A stretch of 64,000 nt of DNA from an uncultured Lachnospiraceae bacterium. GTDB lineage: Bacteria > Bacillota > Clostridia > Lachnospirales > Lachnospiraceae. How positions within the stretch are numbered: position 1 is the stretch's first letter; every line of letters begins with the position of its first letter. The stretch is taken from contig CAZOHM010000012.1 of the NCBI GenBank assembly GCA_964579795.1, positions 244-64,243 on the forward strand, in the 5' to 3' direction. Below the pieces are notes generated by a model. It saw only the letters and a program-made list of their open reading frames with translations, made no database searches and was not told where the DNA came from. This document shows positions 9,339 through 18,894 of the stretch, piece after piece. The position numbers and the translations under genes were made by a program.

Positions 9339-10811
9339 ATGGTATTTAATTCATATTTTTTTGTGCTGTTTTTTTTGCCAGTTGCCGTAATCGGCTATCA
9401 TATGATAAACAAAACAAACCACTTTGATTTTGCAAAGGGCTTTTTGCTGTGCATGTCATTGTGGTTTTATGGTTATCAGAATATTAAGGCTGCGTGTATT
9501 CTCATATTCAGCATTCTGCTTCATTATCTTTTGGTAAAATATATTTTTACTGCAGAACACACTGTCACTACACGTAAAGTCGCACTTATTTCCGGTATTT
9601 CTCTGGATCTTGCTTCTCTGTTTTATTTTAAATATCTTGGGTTTTTTGAAGTAATATCCAATTCTGTCTTTGGAACACAGTTTACTTTTATCAGTCTGCT
9701 TCTGCCTCTTGGCATCAGCTTTTTCACCTTTCAACAGATTGCCTATCTGGTTGACAGCTACCACAATTTATCAATGAAATACTGTCTTCTTGATTATGCA
9801 CTGTTTGTTTCTTTTTTCCCAAAAATCACAGTTGGACCAATTGCATTCTCTACCGAAATGATTCCACAGTTTAACGATGTTCTTCGTAAGAAAATTAACT
9901 ATGATCATATTTCAAGAGGACTTGTTTCTTTTTCCTTTGGTCTTGCAAAAAAAGTTCTTCTGGCTGATGTACTTGCTAATTACGTTGACTGGGGATACGC
10001 AAACATCCCAGCTCTCTACACAACAAATGCTTTCCTTGTTATGCTGTCCTACACTATGCAGATCTACTTTGACTTTTCCGGCTACTGCGATATGGCATCC
10101 GGTATTTGTCAGATGTTAAATCTGGATTTACCGGAAAACTTTAATTCTCCATACAAAGCATTATCTATTTCGGATTTCTGGAAAAGATGGCATATTACTT
10201 TGACACGCTTCTTTAGAATATATGTCTATTTCCCTCTTGGTGGAAACAGAAAAGGAAATGTTCGGACATATCTGAATATGTTTATTATCTTTCTTTTAAG
10301 TGGATTGTGGCATGGAGCTGCTTACACATTCATTATTTGGGGAATCATCCACGGAGTAGGTATCTGTCTTAGCAAGCTATTATCGAAATGGACCGTCAAG
10401 CTGCCTTCATTTCTTCGCTGGCTTAGCACATTCCTTTTTGTCAACCTAGCCTGGGTCTACTTTAGAGCACCTGATCTAGCTTCTGCAAATGCTTTCATGG
10501 AACAGCTGTTTTCGTTCCAATTTAAACCAATTGACATCAAATTAGTGGCAGCCGCAACACCTGTTGAAGCAAATCTTCTGCAATGGCTGATTCAGACTTC
10601 ATACAAATCCGCACCTTATTATTCCGGCATTGTAATCATTTTACTTGTTTTGGCTTTTTCTGTTTTTGCCGGTACTGTCATGAAAAATACACAGGAACGG
10701 GTTCGCTGCTTCCGACCGACAAAAGGAACTCTAGCAGTTACTGTTTTCCTGTTTATATGGTCAATTTTGTCACTGTCCGAAATATCTACTTTCATATATA
10801 TAAATTTCTGA
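9339..10811 (+). CDS. MBOAT-family membrane-bound O-acyltransferase (AlgI/DltB/PatA-like)
   Basis: 490-aa polytopic membrane protein with conserved FWKRWHITL and GLWHG histidine motifs. Confidence 0.9.
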   Translation: MVFNSYFFVLFFLPVAVIGYHMINKTNHFDFAKGFLLCMSLWFYGYQNIKAACILIFSILLHYLLVKYIFTAEHTVTTRKVALISGISLDLASLFYFKYLGFFEVISNSVFGTQFTFISLLLPLGISFFTFQQIAYLVDSYHNLSMKYCLLDYALFVSFFPKITVGPIAFSTEMIPQFNDVLRKKINYDHISRGLVSFSFGLAKKVLLADVLANYVDWGYANIPALYTTNAFLVMLSYTMQIYFDFSGYCDMASGICQMLNLDLPENFNSPYKALSISDFWKRWHITLTRFFRIYVYFPLGGNRKGNVRTYLNMFIIFLLSGLWHGAAYTFIIWGIIHGVGICLSKLLSKWTVKLPSFLRWLSTFLFVNLAWVYFRAPDLASANAFMEQLFSFQFKPIDIKLVAAATPVEANLLQWLIQTSYKSAPYYSGIVIILLVLAFSVFAGTVMKNTQERVRCFRPTKGTLAVTVFLFIWSILSLSEISTFIYINF

Positions 10812-10838
10812 TAGATACTTATAATTAGAGGAATTGAA

Positions 10839-11888
10839 ATGGAAGATACTAAAAAGTTTACATTGAAAACAATTGCATACGTGATTGGCATACTCACTGT
10901 TCTTGCTCTGCTTGTCATTATAGTTGATCCGTTCATACATTATCACGCACCAATTGGGCAGCTTGATGCTGTAGAAACAGATGAACGTTCTGCATTAATT
11001 GGCGTTGCAAGAAATATGAATTATGATACTGCATTGATAGGATCCTCTATGAGTGAAAACTTTCAAGAGTCCTGGTTCGAGGATGAAATCTTTGGAAAAC
11101 ACTGTGTTAAGTTGTCTCTGCAGGGTGCTCACTTCAGCGATTACAATATCATGTTTCACGAAGTACTAAGTAAGCCTGATGTAAAAAACGTTGTATTCAG
11201 TTTGGACACATACCTGTTGACAAATGCGCCACAGGATTATCCTGTTACGATTCCTTCTTACTTGTCAGATACTTCTCTGTCAAATGATGTCTACTATGTA
11301 TGGAATAAATCTGTACTATTAGATTATCTTCCAAAATTTCTAATCAATAATATACGGAACGACTTCGATGCAGATACAGCATATGTATGGGCAGACGAAT
11401 ATGATTTTTCAAAATATGTTGCACGAGGTTCCTATAATGCACAGCGTCTGTTGATTCCGGAACAGGAAAAGCCATATGACACTTATTATGCTTATTCTGA
11501 CGAATTCTTAGACGAAATTGTTCCGTATATTGAGGCTAGACCTGATGTCACCTTTTATCTGTATTCTTCTCCATACAGCATTTTCTTTTGGGATAACAGT
11601 ATTCGTCAAGGCAATACAACTGCCGAAATCTGCGCATTATCACGTGTGTTTGAAAAACTTTTGACATATAAAAATGTCCGCATCTTCTATTTTCAGGATG
11701 ACACGGACATTATTACGAATCTGGATAATTACAGAGATTATTCTCATTTTGATCAGCCAATCAATTATTATATGTACGAATGCATGCGCGACGGAAAAAA
11801 AGAGCTTACACTCGATACTTATTATGATACTTTACTCAACATGTATGATTTTGCAAAATCATATGATTACGAATCAGCTTTTCACTAG
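10839..11888 (+). CDS. DltD/SGNH-like extracytoplasmic partner of the MBOAT protein
   Basis: N-terminal TM anchor, a GSS serine motif (LIGSSMSENF) and a C-terminal DxxH (RDYSHFD). Lies immediately downstream of the MBOAT gene. Confidence 0.6.
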   Translation: MEDTKKFTLKTIAYVIGILTVLALLVIIVDPFIHYHAPIGQLDAVETDERSALIGVARNMNYDTALIGSSMSENFQESWFEDEIFGKHCVKLSLQGAHFSDYNIMFHEVLSKPDVKNVVFSLDTYLLTNAPQDYPVTIPSYLSDTSLSNDVYYVWNKSVLLDYLPKFLINNIRNDFDADTAYVWADEYDFSKYVARGSYNAQRLLIPEQEKPYDTYYAYSDEFLDEIVPYIEARPDVTFYLYSSPYSIFFWDNSIRQGNTTAEICALSRVFEKLLTYKNVRIFYFQDDTDIITNLDNYRDYSHFDQPINYYMYECMRDGKKELTLDTYYDTLLNMYDFAKSYDYESAFH

Positions 11889-11918
11889 CATTCGAAAATT
11901 GAACTTATGATATGTACA

Positions 11919-12833
11919 TCACCAAAGTGTTTCCGGATATACTCCCTGTTGCTTTAAAGCATCTATGGATGCCTGAACAAAGGGCTTGTCTTCTTTATAT
12001 GTTACACCGAACCATCTGTCATGTGAAGTCAGCACCTTAACTGTCGCTTTTTTTGCACGAAGCAGTTCATCCACAACATATGGCAAGTAGCATTCCGATT
12101 TCATCGGATTTTTAGGTACTTCCTTTTCAAAGAATTCCTGAAATGCACTCTCTACCTCTGACAGAAAGCTCTTGGAAAATCCCCATAAATTCATAGAAGT
12201 AATGCTGTCAACAGAAATATCCGAATAATTCTCACCATCCTCTGTATAGGCTGCCCCAGATGCTGTCTTGACAATCTTTGTTCTTTCCACAATATCAGCT
12301 AAAAAGCCCTCTCGATCTGTCGTACAGATTCCTCTGGAAACAGATCCATTTTCAGTTAACGTGTTCCCAAGAGGAAAACCAACCATTGCATAACGGTATT
12401 TATCGTCATCACAGCTAGCCACAAGATAATTATATATTACCTGAAAAGCCTCTCGACCATAAAAATCATCTGCATTTATCACCGCAAACGGCCCATCAAT
12501 CACATTTTTACAGCTTAGTATCGCGTGAGCTGTTCCCCACGGCTTCACTCTTCCTTCTGGAATCTGATATCCCTTAGGAATATTGGACAGCTCCTGAAAT
12601 ACATATTCTACTTCAATGCAGTCCTTCACATTATCTCCAATACAGCTTCTAAAATCCTGTTCATTTTCCTTCTTTATAATAAATATTACCTTTTGAAAAC
12701 CGGCTCTGACAGCATCAAAAATGGAAAAATCAATAATCTTATTTCCTTTTTCATCCACAGGATCAATCTGTTTCAATCCGCCATAGCGGCTTCCCATACC
12801 TGCTGCCATGATTACCAATACTGGCTTATTCAT
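11919..12833 (-). CDS. Sugar-phosphate nucleotidyltransferase family protein
   Basis: N-terminal VLVIMAAGMGSRYGG (GxGxR NTP-transferase signature) and a GGAGGG RBS. Confidence 0.7.
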   Translation of the reverse strand: MNKPVLVIMAAGMGSRYGGLKQIDPVDEKGNKIIDFSIFDAVRAGFQKVIFIIKKENEQDFRSCIGDNVKDCIEVEYVFQELSNIPKGYQIPEGRVKPWGTAHAILSCKNVIDGPFAVINADDFYGREAFQVIYNYLVASCDDDKYRYAMVGFPLGNTLTENGSVSRGICTTDREGFLADIVERTKIVKTASGAAYTEDGENYSDISVDSITSMNLWGFSKSFLSEVESAFQEFFEKEVPKNPMKSECYLPYVVDELLRAKKATVKVLTSHDRWFGVTYKEDKPFVQASIDALKQQGVYPETLW

Positions 12834-12858
12834 ATAGTACCCTCCTATATCCGAAATA

Positions 12859-14334
12859 TTAATACATGTTTTTAAATTTCATGATTGGTTCACTCGTCAA
12901 ATCCACACCAAGCTTTTTGAAAATTTTAATATCTACTTCAGAGAGCATAACAGATGTATGCACCTGACACCCCTTCAGCTTCGAGAGCTGCTCAAGTGCA
13001 ACCTTGGCATTTGGATCAGTCATTGCTGACATTGATAAAGCAATCAATACCTCATCCGTATGCAGACGCGGATTACGTCCACCAAGATATTTTACCTTCA
13101 ACTCTTGAATCGGTTCGATTGCAGCCGGGGAAATCAAATGTGTATCATGTTCTACATTTCCAAGATGCTTCAGAGCATTTAATAAAAGTGCTGCTGAGGC
13201 TCCAAGAAGGTCTGTCGTTTTGGATGTAATAATTGAACCGTCAGACAACTCAATTGCCGCAGTAGGTACACCTAGCTCCTCAGCACGCTGCTTGGAAGCA
13301 ATTGTAACCTTCCTGTCATCCGTAGTAATTTTAGCTTGCTTCATTAACAGCTCAATTTTATAAGCTTCATTCTCTGTTGCCTGTTCTTTCACAATTCTGT
13401 TTAGCGTTGTATAATATCTGCGAATAATTTCCATCTTAGATGCTTCGCAGCAGGCTTCATCATCAATAATACAGTTACCGGCCATATTTACACCCATGTC
13501 TGTCGGTGACTTGTATGGATTTTCACCATAAATACCTTCAAATATAGCATTTAACACAGGGAAAATTTCAATATCTCTGTTATAGTTTACGGTTGTCTCA
13601 CCATATGCCTCCAGATGAAACGGATCTATCATATTGATATCATTCAAATCTGCAGTTGCCGCTTCATATGCAAGATTAATCGGATGCTTCAAAGGAATAT
13701 TCCAAATAGGAAATGTCTCAAACTTAGCATAGCCGGCTTTAATCCCGCGCTGATTGTCATGATAAAGCTGAGAAAGACAGGTTGCCATTTTTCCACTTCC
13801 CGGTCCCGGTGCAGTAATGACTACAAGAGGTCTTGTCGTTTCTATATAATCATTCTTTCCAAATCCTTCCTCACTCACAATTAATGGAATATTGGACGGA
13901 TATCCCTCTATTGCATAATGCAGGTATACTTTTACTCCACGCTTTTCCATTTTAGACTTAAAAGATGCTGCGGCAGTCTGACCGGCATAATGTGTCAGCA
14001 CAACGCTTCCTACATACAGTCCACGACCGGTAAACTCCTCCATCAGGCGCTGTACATCTACGTCATACGTAATGCCTAAATCTCCACGAATCTTATTTTT
14101 CTCTATATCTGCTGCATTAATAACAATAACTATCTCTGCATGATCAGCTAGCTGCATCAGCATACGAAGCTTACTGTCAGGTTCAAATCCCGGTAATACT
14201 CTGGATGCATGAAAATCATCAAATAATTTTCCGCCAAACTCCAAATACAGCTTGTTTCCAAACTGTCCTATTCTCTCCTTGATATGCTCAGACTGCATTT
14301 TTAAATATTTCTCATTATCGAATCCTGTTTTCAT
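12859..14334 (-). CDS. DUF1846 (UPF0371) family protein
   Basis: About 490 aa. The N-terminus KTGFDNEKYLKMQSEHIKERI matches my recollection of the UPF0371 family. Start chosen at the third codon (ATG 14334), 6 nt after GGAAG. Confidence 0.75.
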   Translation of the reverse strand: MKTGFDNEKYLKMQSEHIKERIGQFGNKLYLEFGGKLFDDFHASRVLPGFEPDSKLRMLMQLADHAEIVIVINAADIEKNKIRGDLGITYDVDVQRLMEEFTGRGLYVGSVVLTHYAGQTAAASFKSKMEKRGVKVYLHYAIEGYPSNIPLIVSEEGFGKNDYIETTRPLVVITAPGPGSGKMATCLSQLYHDNQRGIKAGYAKFETFPIWNIPLKHPINLAYEAATADLNDINMIDPFHLEAYGETTVNYNRDIEIFPVLNAIFEGIYGENPYKSPTDMGVNMAGNCIIDDEACCEASKMEIIRRYYTTLNRIVKEQATENEAYKIELLMKQAKITTDDRKVTIASKQRAEELGVPTAAIELSDGSIITSKTTDLLGASAALLLNALKHLGNVEHDTHLISPAAIEPIQELKVKYLGGRNPRLHTDEVLIALSMSAMTDPNAKVALEQLSKLKGCQVHTSVMLSEVDIKIFKKLGVDLTSEPIMKFKNMY

Positions 14335-14358
14335 TCTCATCTTCCGCCTATTATAAAA

Positions 14359-14401
14359 TTATTCAGTGCAGGATCACCGTCATCGACCCTGCACTGAATA
14401 A
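14359..14401 (-). terminator. Rho-independent terminator of hsp20
   Basis: 14-bp stem TTATTCAGTGCAGG/CCTGCACTGAATAA, followed on the minus strand by TTTTAT. Confidence 0.75.
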
Positions 14402-14464
14402 ATTGTAACATAATTTATTTAATTATTCCATGCCTAGATTACTTAATATGAGCATATTTCTTTT

Positions 14465-14902
14465 TTACTTGATTTCAATTAATTTCTTTTCTTCCACCTT
14501 GGGAACTGCTTCCTTTTTAGGAATTTCTAGCTTCAGAATACCGTTTTCAAAGTTTGCCTTAATATCTGACTCGGTTACTCCCTCTCCTACATAAAAGCTT
14601 CTGGAGCATTGACCGGTATAGCGTTCGCGTCTGATATAGTCTCCCTTTTTATTTTTTTCATCCTTACTTTCCGAATGAGAAGCAGAAATCGTTAAGTAAC
14701 CATCTTTCAACTCTGCCTGCAAATCCTCCTTCTTGAATCCCGGAAGTTCCAAATCTACCTGGTATCCATCCTCAAATTCCTGAACGTCAGCATTCATTCC
14801 CATTGTTCGCTTTCCTTTCTGTTCATATCCAAATGGTGAGAATACCATGTCATTGAAAAAATCATCTACAAAATTGTCTCTAAAAATACTTGGTGCTAAC
14901 AT
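14465..14902 (-). CDS. Small heat-shock protein, Hsp20/alpha-crystallin family
   Basis: 145 aa. Alpha-crystallin core (DVQEFEDGYQVDLELPGFKKEDL ... GILKLEIPK). GAAGGAGG RBS. Confidence 0.9.
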   Translation of the reverse strand: MLAPSIFRDNFVDDFFNDMVFSPFGYEQKGKRTMGMNADVQEFEDGYQVDLELPGFKKEDLQAELKDGYLTISASHSESKDEKNKKGDYIRRERYTGQCSRSFYVGEGVTESDIKANFENGILKLEIPKKEAVPKVEEKKLIEIK

Positions 14903-15020
14903 AAGTCATTCCTCCTTCGACTTAACTAAATATTGGTTTATTATTCCCGGCAACGCATTTATTAATTCATCTTTGTATTGCCTTTGCAAAATCAAACTTA
15001 CTGTTTGTTTTGTTATATAA

Positions 15021-15063
15021 TATATACCACGGATTGTTAGCACTGTCAAGAGGTGAGTGCTAA
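15021..15063 (-). promoter_or_regulatory. CIRCE operator (HrcA site) overlapping the hsp20 sigma-A promoter
   Basis: TTAGCACTG-N9-GAGTGCTAA at 15037-15063. On the minus strand a TTGACA (15049-15044) lies inside the CIRCE spacer, followed 17 nt later by TGgTATATA (15026-15021). Confidence 0.85.
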
Positions 15064-15129
15064 TTTTTTTAGATATTTTTTACCCTATGATAACATACTA
15101 ATACGTAGATGGTCAGATGTATTCTGGTC

Positions 15130-15162
15130 AAAAAAGCACTTGCATTTTTGCAGGTGCTTTTT
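15130..15162 (-). terminator. Bidirectional-type terminator downstream of the flavoprotein gene
   Basis: AAAAAGCACTTGC-ATTTTT-GCAGGTGCTTTTT: an 8-bp stem with one G-U pair, flanked by A and T runs. Confidence 0.7.
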
Positions 15163-15206
15163 GCTGTATAAATCTTATAAACTATGTTTCTCTGATAATC
15201 TCCGCC

Positions 15207-15836
15207 CTATCTGATAAAATGTGTCCAGGCGCGTTCCTCAGTTTTCGGCAAACCATACTGCTCTTTTCCCAGTGCAATACTCTTCATGAGGAATGCCATA
15301 TTTCTGGCCAATACACGCATCGTCTGCTTTCCTTCCTCATCCATCTGCGCTTCTCCCTGTGCTCTCCCATGTATACTATTCCAATATTGACTGGATGCAA
15401 TTGGCATATTGGAAATGGTGAAATACTTATTCAGTTCATCAAATGTAGCAGAACAGCCTCCTCGTCTTGCACATACAACACATGCACCAACTTTCATGGA
15501 TTTGTCAAAATGAGTACTGTAAAACAATCTGTCCAGACAGGCAATCAAAGTCGCGTTCGCTGATGCATAGTAAACCGGACTCGCAACAACCAGACCATCT
15601 GCTGCCTCAAATTTCGGTGCAAGCTCATTTACAGCATCCTGAAATACGCACTTCCCTGTACTGCCGCATGACCCACAGGCTATACAGCCTCTAATGTTTT
15701 GATTTCCAATCTGAACTGTATCGGTCTCAATCTTGCTTTCCTTAAATATCTTTTCCATCTCCTGTACGGCAATAGAAGTATTTCCATTTACCCGGGGACT
15801 CCCATTAATGATCAATACTTTAAGTTTATCTGCCAT
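15207..15836 (-). CDS. Flavodoxin-like NAD(P)H-dependent FMN reductase / iron-sulfur flavoprotein
   Basis: KVLIINGSPRVNGNTS flavodoxin-fold N-terminus and a Cys cluster CIACGSCGSTGKC. ATG at 15836 lies 7 nt after GGAGGG. Confidence 0.8.
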   Translation of the reverse strand: MADKLKVLIINGSPRVNGNTSIAVQEMEKIFKESKIETDTVQIGNQNIRGCIACGSCGSTGKCVFQDAVNELAPKFEAADGLVVASPVYYASANATLIACLDRLFYSTHFDKSMKVGACVVCARRGGCSATFDELNKYFTISNMPIASSQYWNSIHGRAQGEAQMDEEGKQTMRVLARNMAFLMKSIALGKEQYGLPKTEERAWTHFIR

Positions 15837-15959
15837 TTTTATACCCTCCATATTCTTTCTTTATGATTTAAATATCAATTTTCTTATGTATATGATTATA
15901 ACAAACTATATTTGTATTTGTCGTAAATATTTCATTTTAATTATTCTTGTAAAGTATGC

Positions 15960-16002
15960 TTGACATCAAATGTAAAGTGTACTATACTTCGAAGTGTAAA
16001 GT
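15960..16002 (+). promoter_or_regulatory. Sigma-A promoter of the XRE gene with flanking TGTAAAGT direct repeats
   Basis: TTGACA(15960-15965)-17 nt-TATACT(15983-15988). TGTAAAGT occurs at 15971-15978 and 15995-16002 around the palindrome ACTTCGAAGT. Confidence 0.65.
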
Positions 16003-16062
16003 TAACATTACATCAGTGTCATTGAAACAGATAAAACGATATATGAGAAAGGAGCTTAGTGA

Positions 16063-16293
16063 ATGGAAAATGCAATTACTAACCATATTGCCGATTTAAG
16101 AAAACAAGCCAATATTACACAGGAAGATCTTGCGCGTACCGTTTCCGTATCCAGACAAACAATCATTTCACTGGAAAACGGAAAGTACATTGCCTCATTG
16201 CCTCTGGCTCACAGACTGGCACAATATTTTAACACGACTATTGAAGAACTGTTTGTCTTTGACGATCAGCTAGATTCTAAGACAGCCAAATAA
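16063..16293 (+). CDS. XRE-family helix-turn-helix transcriptional regulator (short, YozG-like)
   Basis: 76 aa. HTH segment ITQEDLARTVSVSRQTIISLENGKY. AAGGAG RBS. Confidence 0.85.
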   Translation: MENAITNHIADLRKQANITQEDLARTVSVSRQTIISLENGKYIASLPLAHRLAQYFNTTIEELFVFDDQLDSKTAK

Positions 16294-16309
16294 AAAAGGA
16301 GAGACTATT

Positions 16310-16714
16310 ATGAACATAATAAAGAAAAAGATTATATATTGTACAACTGTAGTTATTGCAGGAATTATTTTGATAGGTACTGCCTATCTAAAGCAGGATT
16401 TTACGACAATGCTTGGTATCGGTGTAGGCATGACCGCTGTCGGACTACTAAAGGCGATTCAATTCATACGCATTTCTCATAATCCGGATAAAATGAAAAA
16501 ATATGAGATGATGCAGAAAGAAGAGCGTCTGATTATGATTGTTACCAAAAGTGGCTATCTCACCTTTATCATTAGTATTTGCGCCGAATATATCGCTATG
16601 CTTGTACTGGTTCTTTCCAATCAGGAACAGCTTGCTTTTATATTTTGTACAATAGCCTCACTACAAACATTATGCTATTTGATACTTTATTTTGTCTTTA
16701 ACAGAAAATATTAA
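16310..16714 (+). CDS. Small polytopic membrane protein of unknown function, partner of the XRE regulator
   Basis: 134 aa with about 4 predicted hydrophobic helices. AAGGAG RBS, 17 nt after the XRE stop. Confidence 0.6.
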   Translation: MNIIKKKIIYCTTVVIAGIILIGTAYLKQDFTTMLGIGVGMTAVGLLKAIQFIRISHNPDKMKKYEMMQKEERLIMIVTKSGYLTFIISICAEYIAMLVLVLSNQEQLAFIFCTIASLQTLCYLILYFVFNRKY

Positions 16715-16826
16715 AAAAAATATTAATAAGTATTTACCTATCATATTAATAAAAACTATGTATTTTACATATACTTTTTTTCATATTACAATCATCACTG
16801 TAAAGAAAACAGAAAAGAGGATTGCC

Positions 16827-17435
16827 ATGAAAAAGAGAGCTGATAAAAAAACACTGTGGACACTGTTCAAGAGCATGTTTATTCTGAGTGCCTGTACATT
16901 TGGCGGAGGATTTGTCATTGTCTCATTAATGAAAAAGAAATTTGTAGAAGAGCTGGCCTGGTTAGACGAAGATGAAATGTTGGATATCACCGCAATTACA
17001 CAATCATCTCCGGGACCGCTCCCTGTAAATGCCTCTGTTATCATTGGATACCGTATGAGTGGAATTATTGGCTCTCTTGTTGCAATACTCGGAACGATCA
17101 TTCCTCCAATGGTCATTATTTCTATAATATCTATGTTCTATACACAATTTCGAACCAATACCTACATCGCAATTGCTCTTCAGGTCATGCGAGCCGGTGT
17201 TGCCGCTGTCATAATGGATGTTGTATGGAATCTGGCCAAAAATGTGTGTAAAACAAAACGAATTCTATATATCGCCATGATGCTTGTAGCCTTTATTGCA
17301 GTCTGTATATTCAGAATAAGTGCTATGGTCATAATACTAACCTGTCTGGGTATTGGAATCATAGATTTGCTGATTGATATAAAAAGAAATAAGATTGCGA
17401 AGGCAAAACGAGAGGACGGTGCAAAACAATGTTAG
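16827..17435 (+). CDS. Chromate transporter family protein, half-size subunit 1
   Basis: CHR-family motif FGGGFVIV ... SSPGPL. ATG at 16827 lies 6 nt after GAGG; the track ORF start (16692) lies in AT-rich non-coding-looking sequence. Confidence 0.85.
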   Translation: MKKRADKKTLWTLFKSMFILSACTFGGGFVIVSLMKKKFVEELAWLDEDEMLDITAITQSSPGPLPVNASVIIGYRMSGIIGSLVAILGTIIPPMVIISIISMFYTQFRTNTYIAIALQVMRAGVAAVIMDVVWNLAKNVCKTKRILYIAMMLVAFIAVCIFRISAMVIILTCLGIGIIDLLIDIKRNKIAKAKREDGAKQC

Positions 17436-18004
17436 TTTTAAAATTATTCTGGAGTTTTATTCAAGTTGGTCTATTTAGCGTTGGTGGCGGATATGCCGCA
17501 ATTCCATTAATTCAGGATCAAATTGTCAACATTCATCAACTGATGACATTAGAAGAATTTACCGACTTAATTACAATTGCTGAAATGACCCCTGGTCCGA
17601 TTTCAATTAATTCATCCACCTTTGTTGGAATGAGACTGTCAGGCCCGATTGGAGTTCTGATTTGCACACTGGGATGTATCATTCCATCATTTATCATCTG
17701 CCTGCTGTTGGCACATTTTTATTACAAGTATAGAAGCTTTGCTGGTGTTCAAAAGGTACTTGGTGCATTAAGACCGGCTGTTGTTGCACTAATTGGTTCT
17801 GCAGGATTATCCATTCTACTGCTTGGTCTGTTCCAGTCTGACCTGTTTCATATTCAACTGCAAAACTTTCATATTATAGAATTTCTGTTGTTTATTTCCG
17901 GTCTGATAATATTACGCAAGAAAAAAGCCGGAGCCATCTCTGTAATTCTTGGAAGCGGTATTTTAGGAACTATCATTTACTTACTGATTGGCGCACTTGT
18001 CTAA
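17429..18004 (+). CDS. Chromate transporter family protein, half-size subunit 2
   Basis: SVGGGYAAIPLI ... MTPGPISIN motif. Overlaps subunit 1 by 7 nt. Confidence 0.85.
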   Translation: MLVLKLFWSFIQVGLFSVGGGYAAIPLIQDQIVNIHQLMTLEEFTDLITIAEMTPGPISINSSTFVGMRLSGPIGVLICTLGCIIPSFIICLLLAHFYYKYRSFAGVQKVLGALRPAVVALIGSAGLSILLLGLFQSDLFHIQLQNFHIIEFLLFISGLIILRKKKAGAISVILGSGILGTIIYLLIGALV

Positions 18005-18871
18005 ACAAAGCTTGATAAAAGAATTCATTTCCTGTGAAATGTACTTATTCGGGTGATAAATCAGTTTCAGCTTTCGATAGATATGAATATCTTCGAGTTC
18101 AATAATATGAAACTGTCCATACTCTATTTCACTCTCCACAAGCATTTTGGATAAAATCGCCAAGCCCTCTCCCATATGAAGAGCCTGCTTGATTGTTTCT
18201 GTATTGCTGCAAACCCAGGTGTTTTTTACCTGTACTCCTTCTTCTGCCAGAAACTGTTCAAATTGATTACGTTCAGCACTTCCATGTTCTCTGGAAATCA
18301 GCTTTTGCTTTGACAGCTCATTTAACGACAGTTTTTTACGTTGAAATAATGGATGAAGTGCTCCTGCAACCAGCACGAGCTCATCATCAGCTATAGCAGT
18401 CTGCACAAGATCCGGATTTTGAACGCTGCCTTCTACAATTGCGACATCAATGCTGCTGTCTAAAATCATAGCTTCAATTGTTGATGTATTGTTTACGCAT
18501 ACACGAATATCGATATCCTGTATTACTTCTTTCAGCTGCGAAAGCAGCTTTGGCAGCAAACAGGTTCCTACCGAAACACTGGCACCGATTCTTATTACAC
18601 TCTGTTTGGATGCAGTGTGTACATACTCCTCCATTTTATCAAAGGAATCCGTAATATGTCTGGCATATGTCAAAAGCCTGCTTCCCTTTTCTGTAATGTA
18701 GATCCGCTTAGAAAGCCGGTCAAACAGCTTAATATCATAATAATTCTCCAGCTCATGGATTGCCTGACTGACAGATGGCTGGGAAATATGCAGCTGTTCT
18801 GCGGCCGCCCTCATTTTTCCACAATCTGCTACAGCTACAAATATTCGTAAATGCCTGAGTGTCATATACAT
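17981..18871 (-). CDS. LysR-family transcriptional regulator
   Basis: N-terminal HTH (LRHLRIFVAVADCGKMRAAAEQLHISQPSVSQAIHELE) plus a LysR substrate-binding domain. Its 3' end overlaps the convergent chrA gene by 24 nt. Confidence 0.9.
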   Translation of the reverse strand: MYMTLRHLRIFVAVADCGKMRAAAEQLHISQPSVSQAIHELENYYDIKLFDRLSKRIYITEKGSRLLTYARHITDSFDKMEEYVHTASKQSVIRIGASVSVGTCLLPKLLSQLKEVIQDIDIRVCVNNTSTIEAMILDSSIDVAIVEGSVQNPDLVQTAIADDELVLVAGALHPLFQRKKLSLNELSKQKLISREHGSAERNQFEQFLAEEGVQVKNTWVCSNTETIKQALHMGEGLAILSKMLVESEIEYGQFHIIELEDIHIYRKLKLIYHPNKYISQEMNSFIKLCLDKCANQ

Positions 18872-18894
18872 TCCTCTTTCATAAATCGATATGC

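Noticed and set aside
15117-15563. 148-aa plus-strand ORF
   Set aside because: It is antisense to the well-supported flavoprotein gene and begins inside that gene's terminator. It has no RBS or recognisable motifs.
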